Origin: Camelus dromedarius
Taxonomy: Eukaryota
DNA length: 64,000 bases
Assembly: GCF_036321535.1 (NCBI RefSeq)
Contig: NC_087436.1
Span: forward strand, 103,046,001-103,110,000
Reading direction: 5' to 3'
Of this stretch, positions 25,001 to 35,482 are shown piece after piece. The translations under genes and the position numbers were made by a program. Under the pieces are notes generated by a model. That model did no database searches and was not told the DNA's origin. It saw only the letters and a program-made list of their open reading frames with translations. Positions within the stretch are counted from its first letter, which is position 1; every line of letters begins with the position of its first letter.

Positions 25001-26395
25001 GGGAAAGTTCAAACAATGAAAAAGTCAATTAGCTTTATTCACAGACAAATGCAAGACAGTAATAAAAAATATTTTGCTCTCTTAGATGGAAAAAGATCTA
25101 ATCTAAAAGACTTGATCATCTTTTAGACCAGATTTGACATTCGGTTGCTGAGGGCTTGGCACATACAATCTGCAGAAAACGGCTCTCTGATTTCTTCTTT
25201 TGCCAAAGCAAAGGCAGAGTATAAAAATCTTTGGCAAACATTCGTTTGAACCAAACTTTGCCTGTTAAATATCTCAGTTGAAAAATGTCTTTTTATACTA
25301 CATTGTTATTCACAGCTTTCTAAACAAAAGGTCAGATATTTTATTTTTAAGTTGTCACATAACAGCTGCAAAAAATTTAAGTAACTGACAACTTGTGCAT
25401 AAAAAGTTGAGACTTAGAGGTATCTGCTTATACAAAGGCTAATAAATACGTAAATTTTGTCTGTATGTGAATTTTGCTTACTTATCAAGATTCTTGGACT
25501 ATTAGTTTAATCCATAGGGTAGTAGAATTCTCTAGGCTATTTTTCTTGCTATATTAAGAGCATTCCTGAGACAAATACTAATTCAGCATAAGGATAATGA
25601 TTCCAAGGACTAAGTCCCAGAGTAAAAAGAAGTCTGGATGGAAGAGAAAAATGTTAAATTTCTAGTGAATGTGGAGAACATTTTAAAAGTTTTGCAATGC
25701 TTAGGCATATCTAAGGTTATTAATTATAGAATCAGGATTTTAAAAGGACCAAATATTCTTAAATTAGTCTATTCTGCTTCAATGATTATTAGAAATACTT
25801 AAAACTACTCCTAGTTTGGCTCAGTGTCTAATCATCTGCCTGTATACATGAGATGGTCACTTTCTCAAAGAGTAGCTTTAAATGGATACATGGAGCCTCA
25901 GAAAAGAAAAATGTAGGTTTATATGAGACAGTAAAATAAAAGTAATAGTAATCATTTCCCCCAGCTATTATTATGGTCAGTTGTTAATTAGTAAACCAGT
26001 GGAAACCCAAACAATCTGTCCCATATCACCAGATACCATATGATTGCTTTTCATATCTCAGTGCCACTTCTTAATCTCTTTAAATACCATCTCTTTCTCC
26101 AACATTGGAAGTCACTTTTTTTCTTAGTCTCCTTTACCGTTTTATTTCCCTCTTCTCACATTGTAAAAGTACACAGTTACATTAACTAATACTAGAAAAA
26201 GATTTATAACATCTTTTAGAAATTTATTTCCTGGTTAACATTGCCAATCCAGTCCACAGAATCAGAAATTTTCATCCAGTTTTGGAATAGAACTCCACAA
26301 TTTAATCTAGTTATGTAGCTGATGCCAGAATCCTATTTATACTAAAAACTCACTCAAAGAACTCTTTGCCTTTTTCTTGATCTCTAATGACAGTG

Positions 26396-26861
26396 TGTGA
26401 AGGAAAAGCCGGGCTGGTCTAACAAGATAACTCACAAGTCTAGGAATTCGTGAAGGAGAGGCTGGGCTGGGCTAACAAGATAACTCACAAATCTAAGTAT
26501 TGGAATACTGATCTGAGTTCTGCTGGACTAACTTGTAAATCTAAGTTAATTAGTGTTGGTTTGCTGTTCATGTATTTTTGCTAGCCAGCTGGATTTTCAA
26601 AGATACATATCTGGCTTTGGAATGTTGGTTTGCTGCCTCCCTGCCTCCACTTTTGTGATGATGATGCTGCTAAAGCTGTTCCATGCTTATTGGCCGAATA
26701 CCCCAAGCTTGTACTTTACCTATAAAACCTCACGCGCACGTCTTGGAGGTGCTCAGAGCTTCAGAGCAGAAGCCCCTCTGAGCCCGCGGGCGTAATACAT
26801 CTGAGTACTCCAACCCTCCGAGTGGTGCTTGTTTCTTGGCTGGCCTGTTGTTTCTGTAACA
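26396..26861 (+). mobile_element. young ERV1 (gamma-like) solo LTR
   Basis: TG...CA termini, perfect 4-bp TSD AGTG, 53-bp U3 duplication, inverted CCAAT 26689, TATAAAA 26721, AATACA 26794, retained CpGs. Confidence 0.92.
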
Positions 26862-26969
26862 AGTGAACTCAGGATTTCCCTCTGAAAACAGCCAATTCCA
26901 CCTTAGCTTTTTAACTTAGAAATTTTTGCTACTACAGAAATATAGCTGTTCCTTCTGTATCTTACATAC

Positions 26970-27366
26970 TGTATGAGTCTGCTTGGGCTGCCATTACAAA
27001 ATACCACATACTGGGTGGCTTAAACAATAGAAATGTAATTCTCACTTTTCTAAAGGCTGGAAGTCCAAGATCAAGGCACCGGCAAGGAAGGTTTTGTTCT
27101 CAGGCCTCTTCTCTTGGCTTGTAGGTGGCCACTATCTCACTATGAGCTCACATGACCTCTTTTTCGTGTGTGCACGGGGAGATGGGGGGTGGGAAGGGAG
27201 GCTCTCTGGTGACTCTTCTTATAAGGACACTAGTCCTATGAGATCAGGGCCCCATCCTTATGACCTCATTTAACCTCAATTACTTCCTTACTCTAAATAT
27301 AGCAACACTGAGGATTAAGGCTTCAGCATATGAATTTTGGGGGTCACAAACATTCAATCCATAACA
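26970..27366 (-). mobile_element. MLT1A/A0 MaLR solo LTR
   Basis: tgtatgagtctgcttgggctgccattacaaaataccacatactgggtggcttaaacaa...ggctggaagtccaagatcaagg...tgaattttgggggtcacaaacattcaatccataaca. Confidence 0.92.
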
Positions 27367-28759
27367 TATATCAGTTTGACCCCCTAAGGCTATATGTTAA
27401 AGTCTATTTCAGATACGCTGTAACTACTACAATTATCTTAAACATCTTATCAGATATTCCTTGGTTTCCATGTACCTCCCAGTACCTACAATTGTTCTTC
27501 TTAGAAGATCTCTGTGATACATTTCCTGCAGCTTTAGTTTTGATTCACATGTTTCTTTTTCATTTGAGGAGCCATGAAAAGCCCTGAATACTGCTTCTCT
27601 AAACCCCTCTTTCCATATTGAAGAATAAGTAAGTATAATAGAAAACAGGTTAGTGAATTTTCTACAGACAATTTTGTTTTTGTTTTTTACCAAAAAAAAA
27701 ATTCATGGAAAGTAATCTAAAAGAAGTCTTCCCTTGCATAAAAGATTAAGGTGCCATGGTTTTGGAATATTGATGAGAAAAGGATGAAAATGTTCACTCT
27801 GAGAAACTGTTTTCTTCCATTTCAAGGTTGGTAGCTGGCAGTTTGGCATCTTAGTTTACATCCTGGACATTAAGTCCAGGCTATAAATATACCTAATGGG
27901 GTTTTCAATAGTTTTGTTTATCTCCTTGAGGACAGAAGAAACCTGCTGCTTAGAAATGTCAGATCTTAAACCTTGTTTCTGTGAGCTGTTTTTATTTATA
28001 TTCCATCTTGTGCTTCTCTGACATACATACAAAAGTCAACTTCAAAAGCTATTTGTCATATTTGAAATTCTTAAGTAGTTAAGCTTTAGTTTGAAGAGCC
28101 ACCTGGAAAAGTGTAGACAGGCAGTACATCCAGTGCATCAAATCCACACTATGAATATCTAACATTTTTACATCACAGTTTCTTATTCCAGAAAATCAAG
28201 CAAACCTGGCATTGTATAACATCATAAATATAACATATTATAACTATATAAAATACATAAATATAACATAGTTATAACATAGTTATAGAATATTATAAAG
28301 TGTTACTTTCTTTATATTCTACTTTGAAGTAATTTTGTTATGCTTACCATTGTATTATTTTTAGTAACTGTGGAAATGCAGTGATGTAATTAGCAGCTTT
28401 TCATATGCAGAGATTATGGGTGATGAATAAAATTAATACCGAGCTTCAAACAGTAACAAATATATTTTGTTCATACATTATCAAAGTCAGGGTTTTGGGG
28501 TTTAATATGATGCCTCCATTTGAATTATTAGATTCTAACAATCATTAATATCACTGATTCATCCTCAGTGATGGATCAGAGAGTTGCTTAGCTGAGACAT
28601 AGGATAATAGAGTGTTGTAGTTGTAAGAACCTCAGGGTAAATTTTCAAATAACTGATTTTGCAAAAGTGCCTTAGAAAATGAAGTCGTGAAGCTAGCGAT
28701 CAGCAAAGCCAAGGAATGAACTTAGCATTTCTTCCTGTTAATACATTAACCTGCCCTGG

Positions 28760-28982
28760 CCCCTGGCCCCTAATGTCTAATCCCCATTATACTAGGCTAT
28801 TTTATTTTTTCAGAATCATTTATTGCTTTCTAACATACTATAAAATTATTTATTTATTGCTTACTGTCATGGTCCCTTTTCCCTTATACAATCTAAGTGC
28901 AATAAGGCAGGTCTTTTTAGTGTCTTATTTACTGATATATGTTAAGTGCTCAATAAATATTCATTTAAAGAATAAATGAGTT
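28760..28982 (+). mobile_element. L2 3' end
   Basis: ctaagtgcaataaggcaggtc...aagtgctcaataaatattcatttaaagaataaatga. Confidence 0.6.
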
Positions 28983-29024
28983 AATAGTGTTTAAAATAAA
29001 TAAAATTGTAGGAACCATGTATTA

Positions 29025-29320
29025 TATTATTCCACGTGTATTTATTTGGTGCCTACTTGTTCCAAATACTGTCCTACAAATTGAATTTAAGATAATAAAG
29101 AAAACCAACATGGCCTCTTCAGTCATGGTACTTACAAAATATTACTTACACAAGTACACATCACAGTTAGTAAAAAAAATTGAAATTACTAATTCATGAA
29201 ATGAAGACAAACAGAAAAACAGTGGGGATCACCTTCAAAGTGGATGATCCAAAAGGCTGAGGATTGAGGAATAAAGAGTGATACCAAGGCAGAAGAAGGA
29301 TGCACATCATGCTACATGGG
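29025..29320 (-). mobile_element. L2 3' end (antisense, tail-to-tail with the previous copy)
   Basis: tatttatttggtgcctacttgttccaaatactgtccta...catggcctcttcagtcatggtacttaca. Confidence 0.55.
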
Positions 29321-29974
29321 CATCAAGTTATGAAGTTACTTCTCCACTGTATTTAGCTTGCCACATGTGCAAAGTATTGCATTTAAAATATGTAAAGTAT
29401 GATATTAAGCAAGAGATATAACAAATAGAGTTGAAATGGTGCCAGTGGAGATCAATAAAAGATTGTAATGGATGGTTTTTCTGTTCTTTATTTCCTGTCA
29501 TTTCATGGAGATTTTTCTCTTATACATGATCTATCTAGAAATGAACAGATTTATGTAACACCCTAACTTCCACCAGGTACTTAATGTTTTTAATGACATC
29601 GTAATATGAGTTTCTTTCTTTTTCTATCTTTTGTTTTGTTTTGTTTAGTAAATTCCCTGTTGTCTCATTTACTTCATTCTCATTTAAAAGCATTTATCTT
29701 TAGGTTAACATAAGTAGCTTACTACATACAACTAATAGCCAAGGCAAAGCTGGGCAAATTCTTCAGATAATGGTGCTTATAATATACTCCCAGGATAACC
29801 TTGGATACAGTGTCTATTTAGTTAAAGAGTAAAAGTAGCTATTAATTTCATCTCCTAAAAATGTTGATAACAATTGAAGATTGGGCTATAAATATTTTTA
29901 TAAACACAATCTTATATTTTTAAAGTCCTTTTATATTCTCTGAACATTTGAAGGAAATATGATAAACACTGTGA

Positions 29975-30072
29975 TGTTTCTGCATACATGAGGAAACACA
30001 GATTCAGAGGTTAATTTGCTTTTCCGGAGTTATACAGCTGGAACTAAACTCAGGTTTCTTAACCTCAAAACA
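29975..30072 (-). mobile_element. MIR SINE
   Basis: catgaggaaacacagattcagaggttaatttgctt...gaactaaactcaggtttcttaacctcaaa. Confidence 0.7.
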
Positions 30073-31622
30073 AATTTATTTTAATTCACCTTTATGTCAG
30101 GAGACAGTTTTATAGTGGATAGAAGAGAAGAAAATGCAATTATCATAAATAGCCCTGCTTTGCTAAAATTATGAAATATATATCATGTTATGTATGAAGC
30201 AAAATTCAAGAGTGGAAACAAAGTGGAAGAAGAGTAAGATTTCTTTGTTATTATACTTAAGTGCATTGGTATGTTCGAATGAATTTCTATACTACAAAAA
30301 AGAAAAAAATCAGAGCACAAAAAAATAGGGTAGAAAGCATAGTAGTTTACTCTTTTGCACCAGCTCTCTCTCTCTTTTTGATTTTATGCAATGAAATTTT
30401 CTAAAATTGAGATATTTGTCTAGCAATTATATAGATTTATTACATATCCTGAGACATTTCTCTTAAATAAAAAACATGAAGAAAGTGGAATATAACAATG
30501 TTTAGAAAAAATGTATGAATACATAAATAAAGTGAAGAATTTCATCAGAATTCATGAAAATCATATCAGAACAGATCAAGAATCTAAATTAAAGTCTAAC
30601 AATGGTTAACCTACTTTCCAGTAAATGTAAGTAATATTTAGAAATTATTTTATCATTTCTCTGATACACTGACTCCATTCCAACATGTAGGATGCACCTG
30701 ACTGGTTTTAGCTAAATTTGCTAAGACATCTGTTGCTTAGTTTATACAAATGTAAATATTAATCCAAATTATCTCATATTTATTCAAATTCTAAAATTAT
30801 ATGGCTGGAAAGAATAATTTCTAGATTTAATTTAAAAAAATCCTCATCTACTACATGATCGCCATAGAATATCAGTAACTTCACATTTAATCATTCGCTT
30901 TATGATTTTTCATGGAAAATTCGTCCTATAAAAATTATATGATTACACAGAACTACATAGATAAAACAAGCTTATGATGATATGGACTGAGAAAATTTGG
31001 TCAAGTACCTTCAAAGTTCCCAACTGTCTTTCATCAGTAATTAAGTAATTTGAGGTCTTTGCAATTTGAATTGAGTTAAAGGGATGAATCAACATAGAAT
31101 GGAATCATAAGAGGAGTAAATCTCACAACTAAAATATTTGGGTAGGAAATAATTGAATAGATATTTACTCAAAAAGATTCTGGTGGGGACTTTGAAATCT
31201 AAAAAAGGGCCATTAAAAAAGCAAACTAAAGTTAATTTCCACCACTTTGACTTCTTTAAAAAATAATTACTAGAGGAGGAGAGACAGAGAGATAAAGAGA
31301 GAGACACAGAGAAAGAGGACAATACTCAACAAAGATTTTAGGGATTGATGTAGAAAAAAGGGGCAACAGCAGTAAAAAAATAACAATATCCACAAAAAAT
31401 TTTTACATAGTTTTTTAAATTTCTTTGGGGATGTTTATAAGTAAAATGAGGGGCAAAGAAAAATGGTAAATATCTTGGAAGAAAAAATGTCAGTCTAATA
31501 ATCCATTGTTCTTTTTAGGAATTTAAACTCTTAAGCACACTGAGACCCTGGAAAAACAGTTATTTAGGTGTTTACTATCATTATTAGTTCACTTTTTTTT
31601 TTTTTACAATAGTGTTCATTAC

Positions 31623-31946
31623 TGTGTTAGTTTCCTAAGACTTCCATAACAAAGTTCCATAAACTAAGCGGCTTTAAAAGAACCCAAAAATGTATTCTCT
31701 AACAGCTTTGAAGAACAGAAGTCCAAAATCAAAGTGTCAGGAAAAGTCATGCTCCCTCTAAAACCTGCAAGTCAATCCTCCTTTCCCCCTTCCTATATCC
31801 TGTGGTTTCCTGAAAATCTTTAGTGTTCTTTGGCTTGTAGATGCATTACTCCTATCCTATGTCTTCATGTGGCATTCTCTTGCGTGTCTTCACATTGTCT
31901 TGCCTCTATGTATGTTTGCTTCCATGCCCAAATTTCTCCCATGTAT
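31623..31946 (-). mobile_element. MLT1B/C MaLR LTR, truncated
   Basis: tgtgttagtttcctaag..cataacaaagttccataaact...agaagtccaaaatcaaagtgtcag...tggcttgtagatgcattactcc. Confidence 0.85.
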
Positions 31947-32999
31947 AAAAAAGAAATACCTAAAATAAGTAATCAATATTTCCACTTTAGAAACCTAGAT
32001 AAAAGAAGAGAAAACTAAATACAAACTAACCATAAGAAAAAAAATATGAAAACTAAAGTAGAAATTAATAAAATTTAAAACAAGGTATCAATAGTGAGAA
32101 TCAATAAAATCAAAATCTGATTCTTTGAAAGATCAGTAAAATTGATAAGCCTCTAGCCAGGCTAACAAAGAGAAAAAGAAGACACAGGTTACTAATATTA
32201 GAAATTAAAGAAATAACATCACTACTGATCCTATGGACATTAAAAGGATAAAAAGGAAATACTATAAACAAGTCTGGCCACAGATTTAATAATCTGGATG
32301 AAATGGACCTATTCCTTGAATGACACAATTTGCCAAAACTCACACAAGAAAAAAGTTGACAATCTGCTTAAGCCTTTGTCTACTAAAAAATCAAATCAAT
32401 AATTAAAATCCTTCCAAAACAGAAAGCATCAGGCCCTGGTGATATACTAGTGAATTCATCAAACACTTAAGGAAGAAATTAAACCAGTTCATTACAATCT
32501 CTTTCAGAGGACAGAAGTGTCACTGAGTCCGAGGTATTACTCGGCAAAATGAGAAGATGACGAACTAGTGTCCCAAAGAACCATCTTGCCCAGGTTTGAA
32601 TTTTAGGTTCTTTTATAGAGCAAAAGTAGGAGAAGGGCAAGGAAGTAAAGTAAAAGAGGCAATAAATTGCTGCAAATATTTTCTGGTTCTACCAGACTCT
32701 GGAAGGGATGTGTTAATGTCTTGCTTCCTGCAGGCATTGATAGGTGGGACTGGTCAGGATATTTCCTGTGAGCTTAAAAAAAGGTATATTAGCTATTATA
32801 TCAAGCAGGGGAGGCAGGGTTCCTGAATATGGGCCATTATGTATACTTTAAGCTATAGGTAACATCCCTTTGATTAACTTTTAGCAAAAGCAACAGCATA
32901 CAAAGGTTAAAGTAAAAGAAACAGATCTAATATGGAGTCAGATTTAGTCTTCTCTATTATAGAAATACCAGGATCACACCTTAAGTCATTCTTTGAGTC
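31947..32999 (+). mobile_element. L1 ORF2 fragment (interrupted by the LTR at 32518-32961)
   Basis: ttctttgaaagatcagtaaaattgataagcctctagccaggctaac...acatcactactgatcctatggacattaaaagg...ccaaaactcacacaagaa; resumes as tcattctttgag. Confidence 0.9.
32518..32961 (-). mobile_element. MER41-like ERV1 solo LTR
   Basis: Reverse complement starts t(a)taatagagaagactaaatctgactccatattagatctgtttcttttactttaacc (MER41-like of cetartiodactyls) and ends gtgaca; near TSD gaag/gaaa. Confidence 0.85.
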
Positions 33000-33507
33000 T
33001 GTAACCAAGAATAAACCTGACTCCATGGTGGATCTATTCCCTCAGCTCTACCCTTTGTGCTATGTTGCCTGTGCTTAGTCATGCTTGCTCTGTGCCTCTG
33101 TCTGGTAGTCAGTAATATAATTTTGCCTGTAGCTTGAAACATACGTAATTATCTTGCTCAAGACTCTCCTTCCCAGGCTTGACCTCAAAGGCCTAACACT
33201 TTTCATTTATAGAAAGTTGCAAAACATTTGCCTTGTTGGAGGTTTGCAGGAACATCATGACTAGACCTATGTGCACAGCTGCAAGAACAAAGGATTTTCA
33301 CATCACACCTGGAGTCTGGCCAGCTCTAAGAGGTCTGCAACAACCAGCCATACACCCTCCCCTTTTAGTATAAAAAGAAGCCTGAATTCTAACTTGGGAA
33401 ATATTTTTCTTTGGGAAACTAGTCTGCCATCTTCTTTGTTTGCTGGCTTTCTGAATAAAGTAACTATTCCTGCCCCAACACCTCATTTCTGGATTTATTG
33501 GCTTGTT
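33000..33507 (+). mobile_element. MER41-like ERV1 LTR, U5 truncated
   Basis: tgtaaccaagaataaacctgactccat...; TATAAAA 33369; AATAAA 33454; homologous to the adjacent minus-strand LTR. Confidence 0.82.
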
Positions 33508-33510
33508 GGA

Positions 33511-35482
33511 CCACACTGTACTTAAACTGGCTAAAATTAATGATAGAGAGTATTAAAAGCAGGAAGGGAAAAGCAACTAGTTACATACAGGTGAACTTCC
33601 ATAAGGCTATCAACTGGCTATCAGCAGAAACTCTGCAAGTCAGAAGGGAGTGACACAATATATTTAAAGAAAAGAAAGGAAAAAAACACAAAACCAAGAA
33701 TATTCTAGGCAAGGATATCACTTAGATTTAAAGAAGAGATCAAAAGTTTTACAGACATGCAAAAGCTAAAAGAGTTCAGCACTGCCAAATCAGCTTTAAA
33801 GAAATGTTAAAGGGACTTGTCTAAGCAGAAAAGGAAAAGCCAAAGTAAGAAATAAGAGAAATATAAAAAGAAAAATCTCATTGGTAAAGGCAAATATAGA
33901 ATAAAGGTAGTAGATCAATCACTTATAACGCTAGTAGGAAATCTAAAGACAAAAGTAGTAAAATCATCTAAGCCACAGTAAGTATTTAAGGACTATGCAA
34001 AAAAAGAAAAAAGATGTAAAATATGTCAAAAACAGTATACTTGGGGGAAATTAAAATGCAGGGTTCTTAATATGCATTTGAACTTAAGAGATCAGCAACT
34101 TAAAATAATCATGAAAATATATAGATTTCTATATATAAACATCACAGTAACCACAAACGACAATTTTATAATAGATACACACACAATACACACACAAAGA
34201 AATCCAAACATAATGTTAATGATAATCATCAAATCTCAAGAGAAGAGAGCAAGAGAAGAAGAATGAAACAAAAAGAACTACAAAAACAATCCCAAAACAA
34301 TTACCCAAACTGTAATTAATACATATCTATCAATAATTACTTTAAATGTAAATCAACTAAATGCTCCAATCAAAAGACACTGAATGGCTGGATGGACACA
34401 AAAGCAAGATATACATATGCTGCCTACAGAGACTCACTTCAGATCTGAAGACACACAGACTGAAAATAAGGGGATGGAAAAAAGTATCCCTTGCTTATTA
34501 AAATGAAAAGAAAGCCAGGGTACTGATACTTGCATCAAACAAAATGGAATTTAAAACAAAGATTGTAACAAGAGACAAAGAAGGACATTACCTAATGAAT
34601 AAGGGATCAATCTGAGGAAAAGATCTAACAATTGTAAATGTATATGCACCCAATATAGAAGCTCCTAAATACATAAAGCAAATATTAACAGACATAAAGG
34701 GAGAAACTGACTGTAACACAATAGTAGTAAGGGACTTTAGCACTCCACTTACATCAATAAACAGATCATGCAGGTAGAAAATCAATTAGGAAACACTGGC
34801 CTTGAATGACATATTAGATTGAAGGACTTAATAGACATATAAACAACATTCTATCCAAAAGCAGCAGAATACACATTCTTTTTAAGTGCACATGGAGCGG
34901 TTTCCAGGATAGATCACAAGTTAGACCATAAAACAAATCTGTAAATTTATGAAAATTGAAATCATATAAGCATCTTTTCTGACTACATGAGACTAGAAGT
35001 CAACTACAAGAAAGAAACTGCAAAAACTACAAACACGTGGCGGCTAAGCAATGTGCTACTAAACAATCAGTGAGTCACTGATGAAATCCAAGGGACAGAT
35101 GAAAGCAAAAATGCTACAATCCAAAACGTACAGGACACAGCAAAAGCAGTTCTAAGAAAAACCTTATAGTGATACAACCTACCTCAAAAAATAAGAAAAA
35201 TCTTAAATAAACAACTTAACTTTACATCTAAAGAAAGTAGAAAAATAAAAATAAACAAGCCCCAAGTTACTAGAAGCAAAGCAATCATAAAGATCAGAGC
35301 AGCAATAAACAAAATAGAGATAGCAAATCAATGGAAAGATTAATAAAACTCAGAGCTGGATCTTTAAGAAAGGTAAACAAAATTGATAAACCTCTAGTCA
35401 AACTCATCAAGAAAAAAAGAAGGCCCAAATCAATAAAATCCAAAATAAAAAAGGGAGAAGTTACCAGCAACATCACAGAAAT
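33511..35482 (+). mobile_element. L1 ORF1 3' half, inter-ORF spacer and ORF2 endonuclease region (decayed)
   Basis: tcagcagaaactctgcaagtcagaagggagtg (ORF1); caataattactttaaatgtaaat..aatgctccaatcaaaagac and tgctgcctacagagactcac (ORF2 EN); many stops and frameshifts. Confidence 0.93.

Noticed and set aside
26397..26501. CRISPR-like repeat-spacer array
   Set aside because: Only two adjacent copies with no unique spacers, inside a retroviral LTR in mammalian DNA
33511..35482. Active L1
   Set aside because: Truncated at both ends with multiple stops and frameshifts
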